Source: Eledone cirrhosa (lineage: Eukaryota). Taken from it: a stretch of 64,000 bases of DNA. Below the pieces are notes generated by a model, which was given only the letters and a program-made list of their open reading frames with translations, was not told where the DNA came from and searched no databases. This document shows, in pieces, positions 1-13,083 of the stretch (the stretch's first letter is position 1; every line of letters begins with the position of its first letter). The stretch lies in the NCBI GenBank assembly GCA_964016885.1, contig OZ024741.1, positions 272,304,001 through 272,368,000 on the forward strand. Direction: 5' to 3'. A program made the translations under genes and the position numbers.

Positions 1-1442
1 TGTGTCTTGTACTTTAGCCTCTGACTGTCCACTGTCTTGGTGGCACCTTGGGTCCGTCTTTTACTTTAGCCTCTGACTGTCCAGTGTCTTGGTGGCACCT
101 TGGGTCTGTGTCTTTTACTTCAGGCTCTGACTGTCCACTGTCATGGTGGCACCTTGAGTCTGTGTCTTGTACTTTAGCCTCTGACTGTCCACTGTCATGG
201 TGGCATCTTGAGTCTGTGTCTTGTACTTTAGCCTCTGACTGTCCACTGTCATGGTGGCATCTTGAGTCTGTGTCTTGTACTTTAGCCTCTGACTGTCCAC
301 TGTCATGGTGGCATCTTGAGTCTGTGTCTTGTACTTTAGCCTCTGACTGTCCACTGTCATGGTGGCATCTTGAGTCTGTGTCTTGTACTTTAGCCTCTGA
401 CTGTCCACTGTCATGGTGGCATCTTGAGTCTGTGTCTTGTACTTTAGCCTCTGACTGTCCAGTGTTTTGGTGGCACCTTGGGTCTGTGTCTTTTACTTTA
501 GCCTCTGACTGTCCAGTGTCTTGGTGGCACCTTGGGTCTGTGTCTTTTACTTTAGCCTCTGACTGTCCAGTGTCTTGGTGGCACCTTGGGTCTGTGTCTT
601 TTACTTTAGCCTCTGACTGTCCAGTGTCTTGGTGGCACCTTGGGTCTGTCTTTTACTTTACCCTCTAACTGTCGACTGTCTTGGTGGCCTCTTGGGTCTG
701 TGTCTTTTACTTTAGCCTCTGACTGTCCAGTGTCTTGATGGAACCTTGGGTCTGTCTTTTACTTTACCCTCTGACTGTCCAGTGTCTTGGTGGCACCTTG
801 GGTCTGTGTCTTTTACTTTAGCCTCTGACTCTCCAGTGTCTTGGTGGCACCTTGGGTTTGTCTTTTACTTTAGCCTCTGACTGTCCAGTGTCTTGGTGGC
901 ACCTTGGGTCTGTGTCTTTAACTTTAGCCTCTGACTGTCCAGTGTCATGGTGGCACCTTGGGTCTGTGTCTTGTACTTTAGCCTCTGACTGTCCACTGTC
1001 ATGGTGGCACCTTGGGTCTGTGTCTTTTACTTTAGCCTCTGACTGTCCAGTGTCTCTGTGGCACCGTGGGTCTGTGTCTTTTACTTTAGCCTCTGACTGT
1101 CTAGTGTCATGGTGGCACCTTGGGTCTGTGTCTTTTACTTTAGCCTCTGACTGTCCAGTGTCTTGGTGGCACCTTGGGTCTGTGTGATTTACTTTAGCCT
1201 TTGACTGTCCAGTGTCTTGGTGGCACCTTGGGTCTGTCTTATACTTTAGCCTCTGACTGTCCACTGTCTTGGTGGCACCTTGGGTCTGTCTTGGACTTTA
1301 GCTTCTGACTGTCCAGTGTCATGGTGGGACCTTGTGTCTGTCTTGTACTTTAGCCTCTGACTGTCCAGTGTCTTTGTGGCACCTTGGTTCTGTGTCTTTT
1401 ACTTTAGCCTCTGACTGTCCAGTGTCATGGTGGCACCTTGGG
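1..1442. repeat. 54-bp minisatellite (with 52-bp variants), block 1
   Basis: Unit TGTGTCTTTTACTTTAGCCTCTGACTGTCCAGTGTCTTGGTGGCACCTTGGGTC repeated head-to-tail; 52-bp units lacking one TG break the 18-aa ORF periodicity. Confidence 0.97.
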
Positions 1443-2017
1443 GTTTATATCTTCTACTTTAACCACAGCATGTCCTGTGCCTTGTTGGTATATACGTTGC
1501 ATATATCATCATCATCATCTTTATGTCAATTTATTAGGTGAAGATGATGATGATGATGCCATCACCACCATTTTGAAGCAATATATATTGAAAGTAGGAA
1601 AATCCAACTAAAATGAAAATATTAGTCATGAAATTTATATGGAAGTCTATTATAACTTTCTTTGAAAGACGCACTATACACCTCCCTCACCCCACCACCA
1701 CCCACATAGACTCATACGCAGCATATGTGATGTATGGGTATGGAGTATGAAGCGCAGCACCCTACTAAGGAGTGAGTGTATATAAATATATACATATATA
1801 TATGTATATAAGTAGAAGGGATATAATACAAAATCAACATTTCTCGTAACTCATGTTACAAACAACCACCTAAAACTTGTACTACCTATTTATTTATTTA
1901 TTTATTTATCTACATAAGACACAAAATCAACAACCCTCGTAACTCATATTATAAACAACTAATAATTGCAAATTATCTCTCTAATAATAATACATAGGCT
2001 ATTATTAAAATATATAA

Positions 2018-2330
2018 CCCCATCCACACCACCCCCTTAAATGTGAAGTTATGTCCGTACCACAACATCCAGTCCGAAACAAATGAGGCCGTGTAGGCGT
2101 TACGACAAAAAAACACACAGTCCACGCTGTAATGTGGCCGTGTAGGTAACACGGTAAAAACCTCCCAGTCCACACTGTAAACGTGGTTGGTGTTAGGAAG
2201 GGCATCCAGCCGTAGAAAACAAGCCAGACAGTCCTATACAAGCAGGACAACAAATCTTGCCTCAAGTGGGAAAACTGCCGTCCAAACCCATGCAAGCGTG
2301 GAAGATGGACGTTAAACGATGATGATGATA
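2018..2330 (+). mobile_element. 3'-end fragment of RTE LINE (3' UTR plus (GAT)n tail)
   Basis: Matches the 3' UTR of the LINE at 4810-5241; ends GGACGTTAAACGATGATGATG; second copy at ~10641-10953. Confidence 0.9.
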
Positions 2331-2549
2331 GATATTTAAATATTTATATATTAACCCACTACAATATTATAATAAGATAAATACTTACAAACATAATTCT
2401 CCATATAAATATATACATAATATAGATAAATATTCAAATTTATTTTCCCCAAATTAACGTATATAAGTGGTCTTCCTCTTTTTCCTTTTCCTCCTTCTTC
2501 TTTTTCCTTTTCTTCTGTCTCTCTTTCTCTCCTACTAATATATCTAAAC

Positions 2550-5241
2550 CTTTCTTTAAGGAAGAGCATTTAGAGTCGGACAATATAGAGGGACAGTGGG
2601 AATTCCTGAAAGCAAACCTGCTGATGGCGGCAGACGAAGTCTGTGGCCGGAGCAGGCCTATAGGCAGGAGGAGAGTAACATGGTGGTGGAACAGTAAGGT
2701 GGAGGAGTCGATTAAGGCCAAAAAGCAGGCTTGGAAAGTATGGCGGGATGGGGGAAGTAGAGAAGACTATCAAGTGGCCAGGAGGGAAGCTAGGAGACAA
2801 GTGTACTTTGCAAGAAAGGAAGCAGAGGAAAGAAAGTTCAAGCATGTTCTACAACGCGAGGACCAAAAACGTGAGGTGTTCAGGATTGCTAGGCAATGTG
2901 TCAAGGAAAACCGTGATATTGTTGGGGAGAAGTGTGTACTAAATGATGATGGCGTACTCACCATCACTGACGCTGATAAGAAGGTCGCTTGGAAGTGTCA
3001 CTACGAGAGGCTACTAAATGAGGAGAATAAATGGGAGAAGGATAGTCTCCCCCAGATCGATCCAATAGAGGGACCAGCAGTGTTAGTTGAAGGTAGTATA
3101 ATAAGTAAGGCAATCAAAGATATGAAGACGGGTAAGGCGGCTGGGCCTTCGGAAATAGTTGCTGAGATGCTGAAGGCCTCTGGAACGGTGGGACACACCA
3201 TGGTCACCCGGATAGTAAACCAAGTCATACAGAATGGGGTTGTTCCGAAGGACTGGCGTAGCAGCATCATCATTAACTGTTACAAGGGTAAAGGAGATGC
3301 CCTAGATAGGAGTAACTATAGAGGGATTAAATTAATCGACCAGGTCATGAAGGTCACGGAAAAAGTAATAGTGCAACTAATCAGAGAGAGAATCGATCTA
3401 GATGAAATGCAGTTCGGGTTTGTGTCAGGCAAAAGTACCACAGACGCTCTTTTCATTGTACGACAACTACAGGAGAAGTACCTAGCTAAAAGTAAACCCC
3501 TATACTTAGCCTTTGTCGACTTGGAGAAAGCCTTCGACAGAGTCCCCCGTTCCATTATCTGGTGGGCTCTTAGAAAACTAGGTGTTGACGAATGACTTGT
3601 GAGAGCTATACAAGCCATGTATAAAGAAACAGTGAGCAAGGTTAGAATTAACAACGACTATAGTGAAGAGTTTAGCGTAAAAGTTGGTGTCCATCAGGGC
3701 TCTGTTCTTAGCCCCCTACTATTCATTATTGCTCTTCAGGCTATAACAGAGGAGTTCAAGACCGGCTGCCCATGGGAACTCCTATACGCAGATGACCTAA
3801 CGCTCATAGCTGAATCAATGGCCGAGCTAGAGAAGAAATTCCAAACATGGAAGCACGGCCTAGAATCAAAAGGCCTTAAAATTAACATGGCTAAGACTAA
3901 AGTTCTAGTTTGTAGGAGAGAAAATAAGGCGCCGGTCCCTTCCGGGAAATGGCCATGCTCAGTGTGTAGGAAAGGCGTAGGTAGAAACTCCATTTTATGT
4001 CCCAAATGCAAAGTATGGGTGCATAAAAGATGTAGTGGGATCACAGGTAAGCTAACTAAGAACACAGATTTTACATGTGGCCGGTGCTCTGGTGCAATAA
4101 GTAGCAGCAAGTGCCCACAAAATACTAGCTCTTTCAACTGCGCAGAGGGTTCTATAGAAATAGTGGACAGCTTCCGTTACCTGGGTGACAAAATCAGCAG
4201 TGGGGGAGGGTGCTCCGAAAGTACAGTAGCTAGAGTCAGAACTGGATGGAAAAAGTTCAGAGAGCTTATACCACTATTAGCCGCTAAAGGGTTCTCCCTA
4301 AAAGTGAAAGGCAGGTTGTATGATGCCTGCATACGAACAGCAATGTTGCATGGCAGTGAGACCTGGGCATTGTGTGCAGAGGATATACGCAGACTAGAGA
4401 GGAACGAAGCTTGCATGCTCCGCTGGATGTGTAATAGTAATATACGCGAACGGCAAAGCATAAACGAACTAAGGAAAAAATTAGAAATAAGAGGGATCAG
4501 ATGTTGTTTACTCGAGAGAAGGCTACGTTGGTATGGTCACGTGATGCGCATGAAAGACGACAGCTGTATAACAAAGTGCAGGGCAATAAAGATAGACGGT
4601 AGCCACGAAGTAGGCAGACCCAGAAAAACCTGGGACGAGCTGATAAATTCCGACCTCACACACTTACACCTCTCCAAGACAATGTCACTGGACCGAGAGC
4701 TTTGGCGGTACTCAGTAATAGAGAAGACCCGCGTTACCTAAATACAAAGTAAAACCTACAACAGTCAGTAGGCATCTCTAACAAAATACCCCCCCCCCCC
4801 CCCACACACACCCCATCCACACCGCCCCTTTCAATGTAAAGTTATGTTGGTGCCACAAAATCCAGGCCGAAACAAATGAGATCGTGTAGGTGTCACGACA
4901 AAAAAAACACACAGTCCACGCTGTAATGTGACCGTGTAGGCAACACGGTAATAACGTCCCAGTCCCACACTGTAAATGTGGTTGGTGTTAGGAAGGGCAT
5001 CCAGCTGTAGAAAACCTGCCAGACAGTCCACGCTGTAATATGGCCGTGTAGGCAACACGGTAAAAACCTCCCAGCCCCACACTGTAAATGTGGTTGGTGT
5101 TAGGAAAGGCATCCAACTGTAGAAAACCCGCCAGACAGTCTTATGCGAGCAAGACAACCACTCTTGCCTCAAGTGGGAAAACTCCCGTCCAAACCCATGC
5201 AAGCATGGAACACGGACGTTAAACGATGATGATGATGATGA
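2550..5241 (+). mobile_element. 5'-truncated RTE-clade LINE, (GAT)n tail
   Basis: RT motifs KGKGD..NYRGI, QFGF, FVDLEKAFD, GVHQGSVLSP, LLYADD, YLG; C-terminal RLRWYGHV..GRP..W; empty site in the paralogous copy at 11170/11171. Confidence 0.95.
2624..4741 (+). pseudogene. RTE ORF2 reverse transcriptase with embedded PHD-like zinc finger; one in-frame stop (TGA 3593-3595)
   Basis: ORFs 2624-3595 and 3599-4741 are in the same frame; the sister copy has Trp (EWLVRAIQ) at this position; endonuclease domain absent. Confidence 0.92.
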
Positions 5242-5423
5242 TTTTCATAGCGTTTAAAATAACGGTTTTTCAATCAAATAACTCAACTTTATTTACATAT
5301 TCATTTGCATACTCATCCTAAAATAAAAGTTTGAAAAATCCGTTCTTTAATCTCACTACCCATGAAAATTCAACTGATACGGTATGTTTCCTTGGCTATG
5401 TCAACATTTATAAAACAACTTTG

Positions 5424-5470
5424 TATTTTATCTGATGAAAGCGTACTCTTGAAATATATATAATAGAATA
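5424..5470 (+). ncRNA. Minimal PLE-type hammerhead motif (shortened stem II)
   Basis: TATTTTAT-CTGATGA-AAG(CGTACT)CTT-GAA-ATATATAT-A-ATAGAATA. Confidence 0.55.
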
Positions 5471-5563
5471 CATATGGTTTTATAAATATAGTTTCCATTT
5501 ATTTAATATCATTGTGTATATATATATATATATATATATATAAATATATATATAATGGAAAAA

Positions 5564-8500
5564 TTTAGCCTCTGACTGTCCAGTGTCTTGGTGGCACCTT
5601 GGGTCTATCTTTTACTTTAGCCTCTGACTGTCCAGTGTTTTGGTGGCACCCTGGGTCTGTGTCTTGTACTTTAGCCTCCGACTGTCCAGTGTCTTGGTGG
5701 CACCTTGGGTTTGTCTTTTACTTTAGCCTCTGACTGTCCAGTGTCTTGGTGGCACCTTGGGTCTGTGTCTTGTACTTTAGCCTCTGACTGTCCAGTGTCT
5801 TGGTGGCACCTTGGGTCTGTGTCTTGTACTTTAGCCTCTGACTGTCCAGTGTCATGGTGGCACCTTGGGTCTGTGTCTTTTACTTTAGCCTCTGACTGTC
5901 CAGTGTCTTGGTGGCAACTTGGGTCTGTGTCTTGTACTTTAGCCTCTGACTGTCCAGTGTCATGGTGGCACCTTGGGTCTGTGTCTTTTACTTTAGCCTC
6001 TGACTGTCCAGTGTCTTGGTGGCACCTTGGGTCTGTGTCTTGTACTTTAGCCTCTGACTGTCCAGTATCTTGGTGGCACCTTGGGTCTGTGTCTTGTACT
6101 TTAGCCTCTGACTGTCCACTGTCATGGTGGCAACTTGGGTCTGTCTTGTACTTTAGCCTCTGACTGTCCAGTGTCATGGTGGCACCTTGGGTCTGTCTTG
6201 TACTTTAGCCTCTGACTGTCCACTGTCATGGTGGCACCTTGGGTCTGTCTTGTACTTTAGCCTCTGACTGTCCACTGTCATGGTGGCACCTTGGGTCTGT
6301 GTCTTTTACTTTAGCCTCTGACTGTCCAGTGTCTTGGTGGCACCTTGGGTCTGTGTCATTTAATTTAGCCTCTGACTGTCCAGTGTCTAGGTGGCACCTT
6401 GGGTCTGTCTTATACTTCAGCCTCTGACTGACTAGTGTCTTTGTGGCACCTTGGGTCTGTGTCTTTTACTTTAGCCTCTGACTGTCCAGTGTCTTGGTGG
6501 CACCTTGGGTCTGTGTCTTTTACTTTAGCCTCTGACTGTCCAGTATCTTGGTGGCACCTTGGGTCTGTGTCTTTTACTTTAGCCTTTGACTGTCCAGTGT
6601 CTTGGAGCACCTTGGGTCTGTGTCTTTTACTTTAGCCTCTGACTGTCCAGTGTCATGGTGGCACCTTGGGTCTGTGTCTTTTACTTTAGCCTCTGACTGT
6701 CCACTATCACCGTGGTACCTTGGGTCTGTGTCTTTTTCTTCAGCCTCTGACTGTCCACTGTCACCGTGGCACCTTGGGTCTGTGTCTTTTTCTTCAGCCT
6801 CTGACTGTCAACTGTCATGGTGGCACCTTGAGTCTGTGTCTTGTACTTTAGCCTCTAACTGTCCACTGTCATGGTGGCACCTTGAGTCTGTGTCTTGTAC
6901 TTTAGCCTCTGACTGTCCAGTGTCTTGATGGCACCTTGCATCTGTCTTATACTTTAGCCTCTAACTGTCCACTGTCCTGGTGGCACCTTGGGTCCTTCTT
7001 TTACTTTAGCCTCTGACTGTCCAGTGTCTTGGTGGCACCTTGGGTCTGTGTCTTGTTCTTCAGGCTCTGACTTTCCAGTGTCTTAGTGGCACCTTGCGTC
7101 TGTCTTATACTTTAGCCTCTGACTGTTCACTGTCATGGTGGCACCTTGGGTCTGTCTTGTACTTTAGCCTCTGACTGTCCAGTGTCATGGTGGCACCTTG
7201 GGTCTGTGTCTTTTACTTAAGCCTCTGACTGTCTTGTGTCTTGGTGGCACCTTGGGTCTGTGTCTTTTACTTTAGCCTCTGACTGTCCACTCTCTTAGTG
7301 GCACCTTTCATCTGTCTTATACTTTAGCCTCTGACTGTCTTGGTGGCACCTTGGGTCTGTGTCTTTTACTTTAGTCTGTGAGTGTCCAGTGTTTTGGTGT
7401 CACTTTGAGTCTGTGTCTTTTACTTTAGCCTCTGACTGTCTAGTGTCTTGGTGGCACCTTGGGTCTGTCTTTTACTTTACCCTCTGACTGTCCAGTGTCT
7501 TGGTGGCCCCTTGGGTCTGTGTTTTTTACTTTAGTCTGTGACTGTCCAGTGTTTTGGTGTCACCTTGGGTCTGTGTCTTTTACTTTAGCCTCTGACTGTC
7601 CTGTGTCTAGGTGGCACCTTGGGTCTGTCTTATACTTCAGCCTCTGACTGTCCAGTGTCTTGGTGGCACCTTGGGTCTGTCTTTTACTTTAGCCTCTGAC
7701 TGTCCAGTGTTTTGGTGGCACCTTGGGTCTGTCTTTTACTTTAGCCTCTGACTGTCCAGTGTCTTGGTGGCACCTTGGGTCTGTGTCTTTTACTTTAGCC
7801 TCTGACTGTCCAGTGTCTTGGTGGCACCTTGGGTCTGTCTTTTACTTTAGCCTCTGACTGTCCAGTGTCTTGGTGGCACCTTGGGTCTGTGTCTTTTACT
7901 TTAGCCTCTGACTGTCCAGTGTCTTGGTGGCACCTTGGGTCTGTCTTATACTTCAGCCTCTGACTGACCAGTGTCTTGGTGGCACCTTGGGTCTGTGTCT
8001 TTTACTTTAGCCTCTGACTGTCCAGTGTCTTGGTGGCACCTTGCGTTTGTCTTTTACTTTAGCCTCTGACTGTCCAGTGTCATGGTTACACCTTGGGTCT
8101 GCGTCTTTTACTTTAGCCTCTGACTGTCCAGTGTCTTTGTGGCACCTTGGGTCTGTGTCTTTTACTTTAGCCTCTGACTGTCCAGTGTCTTGGTGGCACC
8201 TTGGATCTGTGTCATTTAATTTAGGCTCTGACTGTCCAGTGTCTTGGTGGCACATTGGGTCTGTCCTATACTTCAGCCTCTGACTGACCAGTGTCTAGGT
8301 GGCACTTTGGGTCTGTGTCTTTTACTTTAGCCTCTGACTGTCCAGTGTCATGGTGGCACCTTGGGTCTGTGTCTTTTACTTTAGACTCTGACTGTCCAGT
8401 GTCATGGTGGCACCTTGGGTCTGTGTCTTTTACTTCAGCCTCTGACTGTCCAGTGTCTTAGTGGCACCTTGCGTCTGTCTTATACTTTAGCCTCTGACTG

Positions 8501-10065
8501 TCCAGTGTCATGGTGGCACCTTGGGTCTGTCTTGTACTTTAGCCTCTGACTGTCCAGTGTCATGGTGGCACCTTAGGTCTGTGTCTTGTACTTTAATTTC
8601 TGACTGACCAGTGTCTTGGTGGCACCTTAGGTCTGTGTCTTTTACTTTAGCTTCTGACTGTCCAGTGTCTTGGTGGCACCTTGGGTCTGTGTCTTTTACT
8701 TTAGCCTCTGACTGTCCAGTGTCTTGGTGGCACCTTGGGTCTGTGTCATTTAATTTAGGGTCTGACTGTCCAGTGTTTGGTGGCACATTGGGCCTGTCCT
8801 ATACTTCAGCCTCTGACTGACCAGTGTCTAGGTGGCACCTTGGGTCTGTGTCTTTTACTCTAGCCTCTGACTGTCCAGTGTCATGGTGGCACCTTGGGTC
8901 TGTGTCTTTTACTTTAGACTCTGACTGTCCAGTGTCATGGTGGCACCTTGGGTCTGTGTCTTTTACTTCAGCCTCTGACTGTCCAGTGACTTAGTGGCAC
9001 CTTGCGTCTGTCTTATACTTTAACCTCTGACTGTCCAGTGTCATGGTGGCACCTTGGGTCTGTGTCATTTAATTTAGGCTCTGACTGTCCAGTGTCTAGG
9101 TGGCACCTTGGGTCTGTCTTATACTTCAGCCTCTGACTGACCAGTGTCTTGGTGGCACCTTGGGTCTGTGTCTTTTACTTTAGCCTCTGACTGTCCAGTG
9201 TCTTGGTGGCACCTTGGGTCTGTGTCTTTTACTTTAGCCTCTGACTGTCCAGTGTCTTGGTGGCACCTTGAGTCTGTGTCATTTAATTTAGGCTCTGACT
9301 GTCCAGTGTCTAGGTGGCACCTTGGGTCTGTCTTATACTTCAGCCTCTGACTGACCAGTGTCTTGGTGGCACCTTGGGTCTGTCTTATACTTCAGCCTCT
9401 GACTGACCAGTGTCTTTGTGGCACCTTGGATCTGTGTCTTTTACTTTAGCCTCTGACTGTCCAGTATCTTGGTGGCACCTTGGGTCTGTGTCTTTTACTT
9501 TAGCCTCTGACTGTCCAGTGTCTTGTTGGCACCTTGGGTCTGTGTCTTTTACTTTAGCCTTTGACTGTCCAGTGTCTTGTTGGCACCTTGGATCTGTGTC
9601 TTTTACTTTAGCCTCTGACTGTCCAGTATCTTGGTGGCACCTTGTGTCTGTCTTATACTTTAGCCTCTGACTGTCCAGTGTCTTTGTGGCACCTTGGGTC
9701 TGTGTCTTTTACTTTAGCCTCTGACTGTCCATTGTCTTGGTGGCACCTTGGGTTTGCCTTGTACTTTAGCCTCTGACTGTCCACTGTCTTGGTGGCACCT
9801 TGGTCTGTCTTGGACTTTAGCTTCTGACTGTCCAGTGTCATGGTGGCCCCTTGGGTCTGTCTTGTACTTTAGCTTCTGACTGTCCAGTGTCTTTGTGGCA
9901 CCTTGGGTCTGTGTCTTTTACTTTAGCCTCTGACTGTCCAGTGTCATGGTGGCACCTTGGGTCTGTCTTGTACTTTAGCCTCTGACTGTCCAGTGTCTTT
10001 GTGGCACCTTGGGTCTGTCTTTTACTTTAGATTCTGACTGTCCAGTGCCATGGTGGCACCTTGGG
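5564..10065. repeat. 54/52-bp minisatellite, block 2 (~85 units)
   Basis: Same unit as 1-1442; joined to the flank through a TTT microhomology (GGAAAAATTT|AGCCTCTG). Confidence 0.97.
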
Positions 10066-11457
10066 GTTTATATATTCTACTTTAGCCACAGTATGTCCTG
10101 TGCCTTGTTGGTATATACGTTGCATATATCATTATCATCATCTTTATGTCAATTTATTAGGTGAAGATGATGATGATGATGCCATCACCACCATTTTGAA
10201 CCAATATATATTGAAAGTAGGAAAATCCAACTAAAATGAAAATATTAGTCATGAAATTTATATGGAAGTCTATTATAACTTTCTTAGAAAGACGAACTAC
10301 ACACCTCCCTCACCCCACCACCACCCACATAGACTCATACGCAGCATATGTGAAGTATGGGTGTGGAGTATGAAGCGCAGCACCCTATTAAGGAGTGAGT
10401 GTATATAAATATATACATATATATATGTATATAAGTAGAAGGGATATAATACAAAATCAACATTTCTCGTAACTCATATTACAAACAACCACCTAAAACC
10501 TGTACTACCTATTTATTTATTTATTTATTTATCTACATAAGACACAAAATCAACAACCCTCGTAACTCATATTATAAACAACTAATAATTGCAAATTATC
10601 TCTCTAATAATAATACATAGGCTATTATTAAAATATATAACCCCATCCACACCACCCCCTTAAATGTGAAGTTATGTCCGTACCACAACATCCAGTCCGA
10701 AACAAATGAGGCCGTGTAGGCGTTACGACAAAAAAACACACAGTCCACGCTGTAATGTGGCCGTGTAGGTAACACGGTAAAAACCTCCCAGTCCACACTG
10801 TAAACGTGGTTGGTGTTAGGAAGGGCATCCAGCCGTAGAAAACCCGCCAGACAGTCCTATACAAGCAGGACAACAAATCTTGCCTCAAGTGGGAAAACTG
10901 CCGTCCAAACCCATGCAAGCGTGGAAGATGGACGTTAAACGATGATGATGATAGATATTTAAATATTTATATATTTAACCCACTACAATATTATAAGATA
11001 AATACTTACAAACATAATTCTCCATATAAATATATACATAATATAGATAAATATTCAAATTTATTTTCCCCAAATTAACGTATATAAGTGGTCTTCCTCT
11101 TTTTCCTTTTCCTCCTTCTTCTTTTTCCTTTTCTTCTGTCTCTCTTTCTCTCCTACTAATATATCTAAACTTTTCATAGCGTTTAAAATAACGGTTTTTC
11201 AATCATATAACTCAACTTTATTTACATATTCATTTGCATACTCATCCTAAAATAAAAGTTTGAAAAATCCGTTCTTTAATCTCACTACCCAAGGAAAATT
11301 CAACTGATACGGTATGTTTAATTGGCTATGTCAAAATTTATAAAACAACTTTGTATTTTATCTGATGAAAGCGTACCAAAGTTTTTGGTACCCTTGAAAT
11401 ATATATAATAGAATAAATATGGTTTTATAAATATAGTTTCCATTTATTTAATATCAT

Positions 11458-11499
<42 letters not shown>

Positions 11500-11509
11500 G
11501 GAAAAATTT
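10066..11509. repeat. Tandem segmental duplication flank, copy 2 (LINE-free)
   Basis: Colinear with copy 1 minus the LINE. Confidence 0.95.
11354..11415 (+). ncRNA. Minimal PLE-type hammerhead
   Basis: Stem I TATTTTAT/ATAGAATA; CTGATGA 11362-11368; stem II AAGCGTACCAAA..TTTGGTACCCTT; GAA; palindromic stem III ATATATAT; AUA cleavage triplet. Confidence 0.65.
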
Positions 11510-11573
11510 GAACAGGAACAAAACAGAGAGGCAGTACAACGAATGTTTATTAATTTCACGCTCTGGAGAGTGG

Positions 11574-11604
<31 letters not shown>

Positions 11605-11608
<4 letters not shown>

Positions 11609-13083
11609 TGGAATAAATGCTCTGAAATAGCGATATATATGTGAATATAGACATAGAATATTCGAAAATATTCTGTATGTTTATAATAAACATTTTGAAG
11701 ACCTAATCGCTATAGAATAGAATACGTCACGTATTACAATTAGATTCTCGATAAAAGCAAGGGAAGTAATCTACGCGTTTCATTCTTGTTAGAATTCATC
11801 AGGACTACATATCCAGTGCTTTTATCGAGAATGACACAGCTAGAGACTTATAGAATACTTAGCTGTGTACAGGAACTGGTTTGAAAGAGCGGTTGCCGGT
11901 CCGGCAGAAATTAGAAATTGGAATAAATGCTCTGAAATAGCGATATATATGTGAATATAGACATAGAATATTCGAAAATATTCTGTATGTTTATAATAAA
12001 CATTTTGAAGACCTAATCGCTATAGAATAGAATACGTCACGTATTACAATTAGATTCTCGATAAAAGCAAGGGAAGTAATCTACGCGTTTCATTCTTGTT
12101 AGAATTCATCAGGACTACATATCCAGTGCTTTTATCGAGAATGACACAGCTAGAGACTTATAGAATACTTAGCTGTGTACAGGAACTGGTTTGAAAGAGC
12201 GGTTGCCGGTCCGGCAGAAATTAGAAATTGGAATAAATGCTCTGAAATAGCGATATATATGTGAATATAGACATAGAATATTCGAAAATATTCTGTATGT
12301 TTATAATAAACATTTTGAAGACCTAATCGCTATAGAATAGAATACGTCACGTATTACAATTAGATTCTCGATAAAAGCAAGGGAAGTAATCTACGCGTTT
12401 CATTCTTGTTAGAATTCATCAGGACTACATATCCAGTGCTTTTATCGAGAATGACACAGCTAGAGACTTATAGAATACTTAGCTGTGTACAGGAACTGGT
12501 TTGAAAGAGCGGTTGCCGGTCCGGCAGAAATTAGAAATTGGAATAAATGCTCTGAAATAGCGATATATATGTGAATATAGACATAGAATATTCGAAAATA
12601 TTCTGTATGTTTATAATAAACATTTTGAAGACCTAATCGCTATAGAATAGAATACGTCACGTATTACAATTAGATTCTATAAAAGCAAGGGAAGTAATCT
12701 ACGCGTTTCATTCTTGTTAGAATTCATCAGGACTACATATCCAGTGCTTTTATCGAGAATGACACAGCTAGAGACTTATAGAATACTTAGCTGTGTACAG
12801 GAACTGGTTTGAAAGAGCGGTTGCCGGTCCGGCAGAAATTAGAAATTGGAATAAATGCTCTGAAATAGCGATATATATGTGAATATAGACATAGAATATT
12901 CGAAAATATTCTGTATGTTTATAATAAACATTTTGAAGACCTAATCGCTATAGAATAGAATACGTCACGTATTACAATTAGATTCTCGATAAAAGCAAGG
13001 GAAGTAATCTACGCGTTTCATTCTTGTTAGAATTCATCAGGACTACATATCCAGTGCTTTTATTAGAAATTGGAATAAATGCT
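11605..13083 (-). repeat. 310-bp hammerhead satellite, left arm (5 HHRs on minus strand)
   Basis: Period 310 bp; reverse complement of the right-arm unit; abuts (TA)n at 11576-11604. Confidence 0.97.

Larger units (their letters stand above)
1443..5566. repeat. Unique-flank part of a tandem segmental duplication, copy 1 (copy 2 at ~10066-11509)
   Basis: 1443-2549 plus 5242-5566 is near-identical to 10066-11509; copy 1 additionally holds a 2.7-kb LINE. Confidence 0.95.

Noticed and set aside
3593-3595. In-frame TGA as selenocysteine or readthrough
   Set aside because: The sister LINE copy has TGG (Trp) here; a simple nonsense mutation explains it.
1-10065. 54-bp repeats as a CRISPR array or repeat protein (SVSFTLASDCPVSWWHLG)
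   Set aside because: No unique spacers or cas genes; interspersed 52-bp units break every reading frame.
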